A stretch of DNA of 64,000 nucleotides from Octopus sinensis. Its lineage: Eukaryota. How positions within the stretch are numbered: the stretch's first letter is position 1; every line of letters starts with the position of its first letter. Shown in pieces: positions 1-13,800 of this stretch. The position numbers and the translations under genes are program-made. Under the pieces are notes generated by a model. The model was not told the origin of the DNA, searched no databases, and was given only the letters and a program-made list of their open reading frames with translations. The stretch is taken from the NCBI RefSeq assembly GCF_006345805.1, contig NC_043001.1, positions 11,656,001 through 11,720,000 on the forward strand. Direction: 5' to 3'.

Positions 1-40
1 ATCAAATGACTGAAACACTTAAAAGAAGGAAAATATATAT

Positions 41-240
41 TCTTTTATTTGTTTTAGCCATTTGACTGTGGCCACGCTGGAGCACTGTCTTTCGTCAAGA
101 AAATCGACACCCGAAATTATTTATTGTAAGTGTAATCCTTATTCTATCATTCTTATTTGCCGAACAGCTAAGTTACGGGACCGTAAACACACCGACATCG
201 GTTGTCAAGCGGAGTTGGGGACAAACACACAAATACAAAC
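41..240 (-). mobile_element. tRNA-derived SINE family A, 3' half
   Basis: Reverse complement matches the 3' half of the full copies at 5038 and 55629; ends in the internal (CA)n(TA)n tract. Bases 1-30 are the tail of a plus-strand copy. Confidence 0.85.
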
Positions 241-246
241 ACAAAT

Positions 247-296
<50 letters not shown>

Positions 297-330
297 TGTT
301 GTGTATATATATATATGCATATATATATGC

Positions 331-377
<47 letters not shown>

Positions 378-452
378 TGTATATATATGCATGTATGTAT
401 ATATATATATATATATATAAATATATTTATATGCATGTATGTATATATATTA

Positions 453-504
<52 letters not shown>

Positions 505-505
<1 letters not shown>

Positions 506-720
506 CTTGCTTGTTTCACACATTAGACTGCGGCCATGCTGGGGCATCACTTGAAGAATACTTAGACAATTTACTCAACCTCCGTACTTATTTTTAAAGC
601 CTGGTACTTAACCTATTGGCTTCTTTTGCCGAACCTGCAAGTTACGGGGACCTACCATACCAGCGCTGGTTATCAAGCGCTGGTGGAAGACAAACACAGA
701 CACAACTACACATACGCACA
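505..720 (-). mobile_element. SINE family A, diverged 3' half
   Basis: gactgcggccatgctgggg...aagttacgggga...gacaaacacagac matches family A. Confidence 0.75.
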
Positions 721-1451
721 CACATAATGCGACGCATTCTGATTGAATTTTCTATGCATTAACATGTGCCCCCTTACGACAATGTAAACTTTAATTTAAT
801 CAAGATATCCTTGGCCTGAAAAGTAGCCTGCTCTATGCCCCTTGCTTGGATATTTACCAATTCTGAGGTTCTGCTCGGTATGAAACATATGTAGCTGGAT
901 TCTTATCTACTCCATTCCGTAACTCTTCTTTATATATAAACATATATAAACAAGACTTGTAAAATGATAGAGAATTCCATGCGAGACCAAATAGTCGTAT
1001 ATCTTCGCAGAATGAGCTTCATACAAAATTTAAATTTATATTGAATTCGTAAGATTGTTTTTCAAATCATCCGAGATTTTCCTTTCTTTTATACTGAATT
1101 AATATCGGTTATCTGTTTATGGAAATGAAGTGGCCTATCATTGACTTACGTAGATTCTATTTTCAAAGATTTAAGCGTATCAGAGTCAAATCTTATCAAC
1201 AGATAGAATACAAATCCGCCCACAGTAAATATAAATGTTTGTTTTTCTCTGCTGAATTTAGATTAGCGGATAAGACTGCAATAGCAGACAATCTTCGAAT
1301 GATAATGAGAGTGTAGATATATAAGCAGTACCTGACGAGCTTACGTAAGCATTCTACGCATTTTATATAATGAACAGTAATATATAAGTTTAATGTAACT
1401 TAAATAAAAGATTCTCTGAATATATAGACTTCTGTATGAAATGAATGCAGT

Positions 1452-1552
1452 TTATTTTATATAAACTGTGACCTTCATGTGAAAGTTCATCTTGGAACAT
1501 ATCTCCTTTATTTTATTATTGAAGATGCTTTCAGCAAAAACCGGTTTCTTAG
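1452..1552 (-). CDS. Candidate terminal host exon (xKKPVFAESIFNNKIKEICSKMNFHMKVTVYIK*)
   Basis: Pyrimidine-rich acceptor ttttttctgtttacag; open phase-1 frame to TAA; unique DNA. No recognised homolog. Confidence 0.3.
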
Positions 1553-2159
1553 CTGTAAACAGAAAAAAGCACTTCTTAATGTAACACATAATTGCAGCGC
1601 CGGTCTACATCAAACCCTTCTTGATATCTGAAGTACCATCCTATGTAACTTTTCCTGAGGCCGTGTAAAACATTTTAGTGGATGCAATAATATCAATTAA
1701 TCAACTGTTTACTCGATCGCTAGAAATAGCCGGCAAAATATCACTTCAGATCTCACCTCTGCCATGCTATGAGACTGAATGATATATTTGATAATTAATA
1801 TGATAAAACTTGAATGCGGACGGTGTTCTTCTGATTCGGAAAGACTTATATTCCGTAGTAAAATAAATAAAAAGAGTACTGAGAACTTGTTGTAGGGAGT
1901 GGAATATTTAACGATTCAGATACAGTCTTTCGTCCTTTTTTCTGGGAAAATACAAGAAAAAGAGAGAGATTAATGGGAGCTAGCAAACATATATGAAATT
2001 TAAGTTTAAAATATTGGCTGCAGTTGAAAAGTACGCACCAGCACTAGAGCTTCACACGTGACCAAACTAACGGAAGGAGAAACATAGAAAGAAAAAAAAA
2101 AATGGACTACACACCTACATTCCTCCAGCACCCCATATACATATATGTATATTCGTTCT

Positions 2160-2370
2160 TTTATCCTTTTACTTGTTTCAGTGATTTGACTACGGCCATG
2201 TTGGAGCACCGCCATTCGTCGAGCAAATCGACCTCGGGACTTATGCTTTGTAAGCCTAGTTCTTATTCTATCGGCCTCTTTTGACGAACCAACAAGTTAC
2301 GGGGACTTAAACCCACCAACATCGATTGTCAAGCGATGTTGGGGGAACAAACTGACACAAATACACACGC
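2160..2370 (-). mobile_element. SINE family A, 3' half
   Basis: Match to family A; followed by a ~390-bp (TA)n-rich array. Confidence 0.85.
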
Positions 2371-2371
2371 G

Positions 2372-2407
<36 letters not shown>

Positions 2408-2524
2408 CATACATATATATATACATATATACATATATACATACATACATACATACATATATATATATGTGTATATATATATTTATACATACATGTATAT
2501 ACGTATATATACATACATACATAC

Positions 2525-2561
<37 letters not shown>

Positions 2562-2585
2562 TATTATACATATATATATACATAC

Positions 2586-2630
<45 letters not shown>

Positions 2631-2641
2631 AATATATACAT

Positions 2642-2686
<45 letters not shown>

Positions 2687-2691
2687 CATAT

Positions 2692-2739
<48 letters not shown>

Positions 2740-2789
2740 TATATATATATATATATGAGTATGCGTATTCTTCAATGTGTACAGGTAGC

Positions 2790-3220
2790 AAGAAAAAATG
2801 AATAAATAGTTACCAGGATAACAAAAATTCGCATGAGTAACAAGGTTACTACAGCTTACTCATAACAGTAGAAATTCCAGCGTTATGTGAAGTGTTTTTG
2901 TATAAAATGGATAAATTATGAAATGGAGTCAAAGGCAGGTGTTATTCAAAGTATTTATACTTCCAGCATATGTTTTGAAATAAGAGGATTGTGAATATTC
3001 CGGAGGGAATAAAAATGATGTAAAACAATGCAATCATCTCGTCAGGGAAAAAGAGAAACAAAACACACCAATAAGCCATTTTTAAACGAACGTGATTACC
3101 GCGTATATGCTGAAGGGGAAATCTAGCAAGTTACTTTGTTTAAACGTTAATAGATTTAACGTCAAAGGTAATTCAGAGAAAAAGAGGAGGAGAAAAAAAA
3201 TTAACAGAAAATTAAGTCAT
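2790..3220 (+). repeat. Old unclassified interspersed repeat (family X)
   Basis: Diverged copies at 16980-17260 (+), 17330-17670 (-) and 37380-37860 (-) share tttatacttccagcatatgtt and aaaaatgatgtaaaacaatgcaa. Confidence 0.7.
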
Positions 3221-3224
3221 TATT

Positions 3225-3355
3225 TACATTTGACGGATATTTGTCCTCATCTTGTTTGCTGTTAACACAAATTTCCTGCTGATACACCCTCCAGATTTCT
3301 TCAGGTGTCTTGGGGAAATTTCGAACATGGGTTCTCATTCCTAACGTATTTTTGA

Positions 3356-3357
<2 letters not shown>
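3225..3357 (-). mobile_element. Short Penelope-like terminal fragment with degenerate hammerhead
   Basis: Paralog of 9925-10095; gacacCTGAAGA...GAAA on the minus strand with disrupted stem II. Confidence 0.6.
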
Positions 3358-3393
<36 letters not shown>

Positions 3394-3448
3394 TATTATT
3401 ATTATTATAATTATTATTATTATTATTATTATCATCATTATTATTATA

Positions 3449-3495
<47 letters not shown>

Positions 3496-3680
3496 TATTA
3501 TAATTATTATCATTATTATCATTATCATAATTATCATTATTATTAATATTATTATTATTATTATTTTATATTATTATCATTATTATTATTATCATTCTTC
3601 TTCTTCTTCTTCTTCTTCTTATTATTATTATTATTATCATCATTATTATTATCATTAATATTATTATTAGTATTATTATT
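3358..3680. repeat. (ATT)n/(CTT)n microsatellite
   Basis: Direct reading. Confidence 0.98.
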
Positions 3681-4236
3681 GAGTGAGAGAGCAGTTCATG
3701 CCATCAAAGTGACACTGGGGTAAAATATACGAAGCCCAATATACCCATCATGACTACCCGTCTGATAAAGGTACACCAGGCACATGCATCACAACCATAT
3801 GTGCGCGACATGGTGATCTCATATCAAGATAAACAAAACATGACCTTGCAGGTGGGGCCCAGTTAGAATTTTCTTCAGGTTGAGTAGCCCATCCTGCTCA
3901 AACGGTCCCTGAATAAGGGTTGCTTTAGGATGTTGAACGAAAACCTATGTTTCCAGAGGTGAACCATTCAAACTCCAAAGAATCCCTCAAACACATGGCC
4001 ATGATGCTCCCCCACTACTTCTGCTCGTGATCAGAGATGCACATATCGTCAGCCACTAAGGGACATGCTCAACTGGTTAAGGTCAAACAACTGACAAGCA
4101 AACCTATGGTATTGAGCAGAATATTTTCTGTAGCCCATCTTTTATACCAAGACAAAACAATGTACATGATAACACTTCCAGTCAGTTAAGATCAGAAGCC
4201 ATGAGAGCCACTGCCTGGTACTGCATCAGGGCATGT
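3681..4236 (-). mobile_element. ~555-bp non-coding (AAT)n-tailed element (family Y), copy 1
   Basis: Flanked both sides by (ATT)n; similar second copy at 4401-4917; no ORF or tRNA head recognised. Strand inferred from tail position. Confidence 0.7.
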
Positions 4237-4286
4237 ATTATTATTATTATTATCATCATCATTATTATTATCATTATTATTATTAC

Positions 4287-4370
<84 letters not shown>

Positions 4371-4400
4371 CATTATTATTATCATTATTATTATTATTAT

Positions 4401-4917
4401 TGAGAGAGCAGTGCATGCCATCAAAGTGACACTGGGGTAAAATATATGAAGCCCAGTATACCCATCATGACTACCCGTCTGATAAGGGTACACTAGACAC
4501 ATGCATCACAACCATATGCGTGAGACATGGTGATCTCATATCAAGATAAACAGCACATGACCTTGCAGGTGGGGCCCATTTAGAATTTTCTTCAGGTCGA
4601 GTAATCCATCCCGCTGAAAAGGTCCCTGAATAAGGATTGTTTAAGGATGTTGAAAGAACCACCCATGTTTCCAGAGGTGAATTATTCAAACCCCAAAGAA
4701 TCCCTCTCAACACATGGCCATGATGCTCCCCCATTACTTCTGCTCATGATCAGAGATGCACATATCGTCAGCCACTAAGGGACATGCTCAACTTGTTATG
4801 GTCAAGCAACTGACAAGCAAATCTGTGGTATTGAGCAGAATATTTGCTGTATCCCATCTTTTATACCAAGAGAAAACAATGTACATGATAACACTTTCAA
4901 CCAGTTAAGATTAGAAG
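4401..4917 (-). mobile_element. Family Y element, copy 2 (5'-truncated)
   Basis: Tandem with copy 1, separated by (ATT)n at 4237-4400. Confidence 0.7.
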
Positions 4918-5037
4918 TGGGGCCCAGTTAGAATTTCCTTCTGGTCGAAATTAACTGCTACTGGAAGATTTAGCGATGTTTCATGATATGCGCATTAAAT
5001 GTACAATATATGAACAGTTATAGACGCAGGAGTAGCA

Positions 5038-5442
5038 TAGACGCAGGAGTGGCTGTGTGGTAAGTAAGCTTGCTAACCAACCACATGGTTCCGGGTTCAG
5101 TCCCACTGCGTGGCACCTTGGGCAAGTGTCTTCTGCTATAGTCCCGGGCCAACCAATGCCTTGTGAGTGGATTTGGTAGACGGAAGCTGAAAGAAGCCTG
5201 TCGAATATATGTATATATATATATATTATAATATTGTATGTTGTGTGTTTGTGTTTGTCCCCCTAGCATTGCTTGACAACCGATGCTGGTGTGTTTACGT
5301 CCCCGTCACTTAGCAGTTCGGTAAAAGAGACCGATAGAATAAGTACTGGCCTTACAAAGAATATGTTTCGGGGTCGATTTGCTCGACTAAAGGCGGTGCT
5401 CCAGCATGGCCGCAGTCAAATGACTGAAACAAGTAAAAGAGT
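5038..5442 (+). mobile_element. Full-length tRNA-derived SINE family A
   Basis: Box A-like tggctgtgtgg, box B-like gggttcagtccc, CORE-like ccttgggcaagt, internal (TA)(TG) tract, tail ctgaaacaagtaaaagag; 17-bp duplication of the 5' head at 5021-5037. Confidence 0.92.
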
Positions 5443-5629
5443 AGTTGCATCGAGAAATGAGTGATGTTGTTTTGGTTTGGATAAAGTTTCGTATACTGTA
5501 GACAAGCAAAATTTAGAGACCCAAGGCATAAATCAAAACACCATGTTTTTACTCCAGTGCAATCAAGGCTATCGATCTCTTATTCGAACCCACTTAGAAC
5601 AACTGGATATGTTTGGGGCTTCTACTCAC

Positions 5630-5706
5630 TGATGGATGAATCGTGTAGCTAGTCAGATTTTCAGGAAGATTATTATGTTAAAACACGATAAATATCGGCT
5701 TTTGTT
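5630..5706 (-). pseudogene. Candidate degenerate exon (xQKPIFIVF*HNNLPENLTSYTIHPS)
   Basis: Acceptor tatttcttttag and donor gtgagt; phase-1 frame has one in-frame stop; loosely resembles the 1452-1552 peptide. Confidence 0.2.
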
Positions 5707-6263
5707 CTAAAAGAAATATTCTTCAGCTGATATTTTTTCAATCAGGAAAAAGAATTGCTGCTTTTTGGTGCGTTTTGGTATTGAATGAGTCGGCGGCGGT
5801 GATATTGGTTGTGTTAGTGGAGGTGGTGATGTTATTTGTCATGGCGGTTTGTTGCTGGGAGTTGTGCTGGCTATCAAGTGGGTTTCTGTAAACAGCGTTG
5901 TTATGTAAACGGTAGTGTTGGTGCAGGTAACAGTAGTGGCTGTCGTGTATGTGGTCATTGTAGCAGTGGTGACTGTGTTGATAGCATCACATTTTAACCT
6001 TATTTTATGAAGATCTAATTGCTAATCTGCACCAAGGAAACAAAACTGTTATTTACAAAAGAAAACATCTGCTTCCTACCAGACTAAAAACTTCTGTGTC
6101 ATAGGATCCTCATTTCAAATCGGTTTTACTTATATGTTCATGTTTTAGAACATGATCAATTATATGATAGGCCATTTGTAGACCATAGTTGTAGGTGTAT
6201 TTAGCTCATTATCATTAGGTCATAAGTTCGATACTCTGGCTAGGCAGTGTGTTGTATTCTTAC

Positions 6264-6468
6264 GTAAAACTTTGCTTCTGTACACCCAGCGGCAAATGAG
6301 CAGCTGATGCACTTGGAAGAACCAGTGCGATGAAATGTAGCCCCTTAAAGTGTTAAATCCTGTATACTCAGGGTACACGAATGTCTTGAAAATCAGGATC
6401 TGGTTGTCCCCCACAAAATTGAAACCTTGAGTCTTATAATCACCATAATACAAATAATAGGTTACGAA
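6264..6468 (-). CDS. Candidate internal host exon (FVTYYLYYGDYKTQGFNFVGDNQILIFKTFVYPEYTGFNTLRG...SKVL)
   Basis: ttacag acceptor, gtaaga donor, 205 nt, only one open frame, unique and relatively GC-rich. Faint likeness to extracellular beta-sandwich (CUB/cadherin-like) motifs, not established. Confidence 0.35.
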
Positions 6469-6580
6469 CTGTAATTGATTTGAATTTACAATTCGATTAT
6501 TTGTAATTTAAAATGAAATTAATTTACGTTTTTGCATACCGTAAACTTGAGCTTTCGATTGCATTATTAAATTATTTTAA

Positions 6581-6760
6581 GGCGGCAAGCTGGCAGAAAC
6601 GTTAGCACGTCAGGCGAAATGCGTAGCCGTATTTCGTCTGCCGTTACGTCGACCTAAGTACGCAACTGGTTCTTATTTTATCGACCCTCGAAAGGTTGAA
6701 AAGCAAAGTGGATCTCGGCGGAAATTGAACTGAGAACATAAAATTCTGCCATCTCGCCAC
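6581..6760. mobile_element. SINE family B, two inward-pointing fragments
   Basis: Plus-strand head 6581-6650 fused to a minus-strand body 6655-6760. Confidence 0.75.
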
Positions 6761-6762
6761 CT

Positions 6763-6815
<53 letters not shown>

Positions 6816-6836
6816 TACTACTACTACTACTACTAC

Positions 6837-6870
<34 letters not shown>

Positions 6871-6964
6871 TTTACTCGACTGATTTATTCCTTCGAGAAG
6901 GTAGTATTAAGAATAGTATCTTCCCAGCTGACTCGTTTTCTCCGTTATTATTTGTAATTTCACT

Positions 6965-8778
<1,814 letters not shown>

Positions 8779-8940
8779 AGTTGCAATTTATTGTGTATTC
8801 TATCTGCGAAGTGCAATCAAAGATTGAAACCATATGTATTTATCAATACCCATATGATAAAAGACTCCATTGCAAGCTCTCATACCACTTAGGTTACTCT
8901 TATTGAAAAAGTCTATCACTGAGTTTGTGTATGTATTTTT

Positions 8941-8977
<37 letters not shown>

Positions 8978-8981
<4 letters not shown>

Positions 8982-9156
8982 TTTCCGTGAGCTGCACCAG
9001 TCCAACAATGCCGCAATCACATCACACTGTTATATGATATACATAATTAGATGCTTACCTTCGCCTAGCACACGTCTGAATGTATGCACTTACGCAAACA
9101 CAGACACACAGAGAAAAACACATACGCACAAACAACCGCACACACACACACACACA

Positions 9157-9224
<68 letters not shown>

Positions 9225-9377
9225 GTGCGTATGTGTTTTTCTCTGTGTGTCTGTGTTTGCGTAGGTGCATACATTCAGACGTGTGCTAGGCGAAGGTAAG
9301 CATCTAATTATGTATATCATATAACAGGTGTGATGTGATTGCGGCATTGTTGGACTGGTGCAGCTCACGGAAATTAA
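8978..9377. repeat. Inverted duplication, ~152-bp arms around a (CA)n(TA)n spacer
   Basis: 8978-9129 is the reverse complement of 9225-9377 with about two differences seen. Confidence 0.95.
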
Positions 9378-9644
9378 TTTTTCTTTTCTGATGTAGTCCT
9401 CGGGGTAATGTTCTGCACAATGCTAGAATTGATAAAGCTAGCTAGAGTTTAGTATTGTTAATATTAATGATTGAATGATTTCCGATTAAATTTTTTTTTA
9501 GGTAGCAATGAAGATTACCTTGCTAATTTCTTTGACAAAACTTCTTTGACGTTCAGTTTATAAAATTAACTGAGCGCCAACACTTATTATTCAAAAGCAT
9601 ACCTTGGCGTGTTTTCAGTGTAACAATCTTTTTTTAATTTTATT

Positions 9645-9840
9645 TGTTTCAGTCATTTGACTGCGCCCACGCTGGAGCACCGGCTTTAGTCGAGCAAATC
9701 GTTCCCAGGACCTATTTTTCGTAAGCCTAGTACTTGTTCTATCAGTCTCTTTTGACGAACCGCTAAGTTACGAGGACGTAAACACACCAAAATGGGTGTC
9801 AAGCGATGTAGGGCGACAAACACAGATACACAAACACACA
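9645..9840 (-). mobile_element. SINE family A, 3' half
   Basis: Match to family A. Confidence 0.85.
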
Positions 9841-9924
9841 CACACACATTTGCGTACACTTCTTAGTAATTCGAATAGGTTTCTTAGATTTTATCCCAAA
9901 CAAATCTCGAGTTACAGTTCTATA

Positions 9925-10095
9925 TTTAAGAGATGAATTATATACATCATTTACATTATTTACATTCGACGGATATTTTTCCTCATCTTGTTTGTTGTTA
10001 ACGCAACGTTTCGGCTGATTTAACTTCCAGCCTTCTTCAAGTGTCTTGGGGAAATTTCAAACCTGGGTTCTCATTATTAAGGTATTCTTCGATGT
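9925..10095 (-). mobile_element. Short Penelope-like terminal fragment with minimal hammerhead fold (10000-10045)
   Basis: gacac-tTGAAGA-a-ggctg(n10)cagcc-GAAA-cgtt-gcgtt; C3 mutated. Confidence 0.7.
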
Positions 10096-10112
10096 TATTA
10101 TTATTATTATTA

Positions 10113-10860
10113 TTCTATGTTTGACTTTTGCTTTATATTTGTACAAGTTGGCTCCAAGTCTCACCCAGAGACCTCAAGAGACAACAGGGTTGGAAGTTCA
10201 TGTTGTTGTTATGCCTAGTGTGCCATATATTTGGGGGGTGGGGATGTTGTACTAATGAATGTCTAAAAAAAAAGTTTTTTTTTTTTTTTTTTAAACCGAA
10301 AATTATGTGTTTTTAAACCTTGAGGTTACATAGAGAGTATTTTGCGTAGGATATGAGCAGTTCCCATGAGCACTATCTTTTGAACTTCTGCCATTTTTGG
10401 GTTCCTGGTATCTGAGTTAGGTAGCTATCAGCCCCTTTTGCTATCATTCCCAGGGCACCTATGACAACAGGTATTGTTTTAGTCTTCAGCTTCCACATTT
10501 TGCTGATTCTATTTCAAGATCTTTATATTTGCTCAGTTTTTGGTAGGTCCTGACAGATACGTTTATATCGATTGGGACAGTCATATCAATGAGGAGGCAT
10601 GTTCTTTGTTTGAAGTCTTTCAATATGATGTCTGGCCTATTTGCATCTATCTTCCTGTCAGTTTGAATGGTGAAGTTCCAGAGGAGTGAGATGTGGTCAT
10701 TTTCAAGCACTGGGGGTGGTTTGTGTTCCCACCAGTTTTTCTCATGGGGCAACTCCAGGTTTTTACAGATTACCCAGTGAATATATTGTGCAGCTCTATC
10801 GTGCCTGTTGAGATACTCTGTAGGCGCTAGAAGACTGCACTTGGAGACCACATGGTCAAT
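10113..10860 (-). mobile_element. 5'-truncated R4/Dong LINE 3' end (RLE domain and 3' UTR)
   Basis: ORF 10486-10851: RHD..IHW, WNFTIQTD..ANRPDI, LIDMTVP, KYKDL; continues IPVVIGALG...GTAHILRKILSM* (stop 10326-10328); (AAT)n on both sides. Confidence 0.93.
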
Positions 10861-10861
10861 G

Positions 10862-10915
<54 letters not shown>

Positions 10916-11790
10916 CAGTAGTTTTATTTTTATACCGTGCTTTCACTTCACTACCGAGCTCTGTGTGCCTTAGGTATGTGCTGTAATTTGTTGTGATGCT
11001 CTGATGGTTACTGTATGGAAAGTGTTCTGCGTAGGATGTGTGCAGTGCCTAGTAGTGCAATTTTCTGTATGTTATATGTGTTTGTAAGTCCTGATGGTTT
11101 TGTTATGTATTTGTCTGAATCCTTACTGTCTGGGTTTGTTGTTTTTTGTTTACATCGTGTTTGTTGGGAATGTTACATTTGTCTTCGTGTTTTACTGTTT
11201 CAGTGTTTATATTATTGGGCATTGTTGTGTGGCTTCTATCTACATTTTCCTGGTGTATCTTTTCTTTTAGATGTTCTATTTCTATTTCTGATATTTTTTT
11301 TGCGTTGAGAATGTATCTTCGTACGTTAGCTAGTTTATTAGGGTTCATTGCTGTATCCAAGTCTATATCTCTATTATTTTCCTTCCATATTTTATATGTA
11401 TGTGTTGTTGTGTTTTCATTTTTGGGGTAGAGAACTGCTGTTAAGTATGCGTGTAAGATAGAAATGTATTCCTCACGTGTCCATTTATGTCTTTTGGGTT
11501 TTATTTGCGGGACATGAGGAACAACGTCCGGTCGTCATTTTCGTAGGGTACCGGTCCGTTCATTTCTGTTGTCATATTGTTCTGCACGTGTAGTTTTTCG
11601 TACATTTTGTGTTGTAAGTTTAAAGTACGTACCTCCCAATTGTTATTCTTGGGTTGAATAATATCGGTGGTATTTAATTTCTTCGTAGTTCCTTTGTACA
11701 TGGTGTTTGGGGTCGGGGATGATCTGATGTTGATGGATCGTAATGTATCACGCATGTTTACATGTGTTGTGTTAGAGGTGGAGATGATGT
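10916..11790 (-). mobile_element. Internally deleted R4/Dong element (N-terminus fused to C-terminus)
   Basis: RHKWTREEY...KLANVRRYIL N-terminal motif joined near 11128 to KIALLGTAHILRRTLSIQ* (stop 11008-11010), 3' UTR and (AAT)n tail; RT and RLE absent. 5' boundary approximate. Confidence 0.8.
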
Positions 11791-11851
11791 CGAGTCAAAA
11801 TACATCATTTCGTTTCGAAAATAGTAATACATTTCAATGAGTATTACTTAC

Positions 11852-11970
11852 TCGGATACAGTCCAATCCTTTGTTAGTAAATCTTTGGCTCCATACGATG
11901 TCCTTGTTTTCGATGTTTGTGGATAGATTTCGGAGCTCTGTTTTATCGTTCTTACATCTTAAACGTCCCC
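11852..11970 (-). CDS. Candidate exon 3' part (GRLRCKNDKTELRNLSTNIENKDIVWSQRFTNKGLDCIR)
   Basis: Open frame ending in phase 0 at a gtaagt donor; no clear acceptor because a mini-SINE lies immediately upstream. Confidence 0.2.
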
Positions 11971-11980
11971 CGGTGTATTT

Positions 11981-11993
11981 ATTATTATTATTA

Positions 11994-12029
<36 letters not shown>

Positions 12030-12130
12030 TATTATTATTATTATTATTATTGTTCAGGTCACTGCTTGGAATCGAACTCGGAATCTTGGGGTTAGTAACC
12101 CGCGCTCTTAACCACTACGCCACATGCCCG
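11981..12130 (-). mobile_element. Minimal SINE: tRNA-like head plus (AAT)n tail
   Basis: gggcatgtggcgtagtggttaagagcgcgggttactaaccccaagattccgagttcgattcc (box A/B, anticodon-like arm); truncated second copy at ~12320-12400. Confidence 0.8.
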
Positions 12131-12573
12131 TGGGCATACAATTAATTTTGAGTTAATTGTACAGAAATGGACTACAAAAGAGGAAAAGAAGGGGCGGACA
12201 AATGTAAATGTTGTCGATTGACAGAAAGCTTAAATCCCTATAGTAAGAAACGGCTCAACGAAGATACATTTCTATGATGAACCAAAGACTCCACTCTAGA
12301 AAGAGAACAAGAAAAAAATTATTATTATTATTATTATTATTCAATCGATCTCGGAATCTTGGGTTTAGTAGCCCGCACTCTTAACCATTACGGCATATGT
12401 CAAACTTATTTCATGTGTAAAAACTCAAGGAACCCAGTGTAGTACATATTTATTTCATTTTTGCATTGGCCAAATTTGATCCTTCGTGAAAATTCTCTCC
12501 GATCACATTTGCCCCGTTCCTATACATTTCCATTTAAGTTTTGCATATTGTAATCATCATGATTACATTTTAC

Positions 12574-12754
12574 TTGAATCTAAATTGAATCTCTCCATAT
12601 GTCACAAGCTCTCCTCTCTTTGTCAGTGCAACATATGAGCATCTACTTCTGTGACAATATTTTCTGTCGCCTCTAGGCTTTTCACACCATTTTCCTTTTA
12701 TTCTAAGATACACATGACAGCAGATCCGATTTTGAGAAAGGAAATTGCTGAAAC
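12574..12754 (-). CDS. Candidate exon (xFSNFLSQNRICCHVYLRIKGKWCEKPRGDRKYCHRSRCSYVALTKRGELVTYGEIQFRF)
   Basis: tttctctatcag acceptor, single open frame (phase 1), gtaaaa donor; Cys/Arg-rich; no recognised homolog. Confidence 0.25.
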
Positions 12755-13122
12755 CTGATAGAGAAACAATATCTACTCGTGTAATTTCAGATACGTTTTA
12801 AAATGATTTAATCTTCTTTTCTTTTTGAGTCGTTAACGATTGCGGCTATTCTTCAACTAAGAGGTGAATTTCAATTCACTATGAAGTTTTAGCCCACATC
12901 AACACCTATTTGATTTATCAAAATACATATTATTGATTTCATGGATGAATCTGTTGCGTATGTAAGGTTTTACAAGGAGAAGTTGCTAATCCCAGGACAA
13001 TTTCAGCCTAAAAACCAGAGACAGAACTTTAAGCATTTTGGTCGACTAAAATATGTAACAGAACCTTGTGTGAGCAAACTCAGATCTTTGTTAGTGAAAC
13101 CAAACGTACAAAAAGGCCTTAC

Positions 13123-13172
13123 GTTGGACACTCCACAGAGAGGTCATCAGGGAAGTTGCTAAGATGCAACGT
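13123..13172 (-). CDS. Candidate 50-nt exon
   Basis: Long polypyrimidine acceptor ttttcctctcatcttcttttcgctag and gtaagg donor; frame RCILATSLMTSLWSVQ ends in phase 1, matching 12754. Confidence 0.25.
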
Positions 13173-13385
13173 CTAGCGAAAAGAAGATGAGAGGAAAATG
13201 AAAATAGTTTTGGCGACGTGAACTGGCGAAGGACGTGTGCGGATGAAGCTGGGAAATCGGAGGAGTAAAGCTGTTGTACACGCATTTCCTATGCATGTGT
13301 ACACGGTATGGAAACAGGTGGGATGTGGTATGACTGTGTAACGTACTAGGGTAACTTTTGCTACGCTAGGTGTGTTTGATGTTAA

Positions 13386-13800
13386 GGCGGCGAGCTGGCA
13401 GAAACGTTAGCACGCTGGGCGAAATGCTTTGTGTTATTTCGTCCGCCGCAGCGTTCTGAGTTCAAATTCCCCCGAGGCCGACTTTGCCTTTCATCCTTTC
13501 GGGGCCGATAAATTAAGTACCAGTTACGCACTGGGGGTCGATGTAATAGACGTAATCCGTTTGACTGCCTTTGTTTATCCTCTCTGTGTTTATCCCCTTG
13601 TGGGTAGTAAAGAAATAGGTATTTCGTCTGCCGTTACGTTCTGAGTTCAAATTCCACAGAGATTGACTTTGCCTTTCATCCTTTCGGGGTCGATAAATTA
13701 AGTACCAGTTACGCACTGGGGGTCGATGTAATCGACGTAATCCGTTTGTCTGTCCTTGTTTGTCCCCTCTAAGTTTAGCGCCCCCTTGTGAGCAATGAAA
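13386..13800 (+). mobile_element. tRNA-derived SINE family B, head plus two ~185-bp units
   Basis: Head ggcggcgagctggcagaaacgttagc, box B gagttcaaattcc, body cctttcatcctttcggggtcgataaattaagtaccag (recalled as MetaSINE-domain-like; unverified). Confidence 0.9.

Noticed and set aside
11981-12130. tRNA gene
   Set aside because: Acceptor stem does not close and an (AAT)n tail follows; better explained as a SINE.
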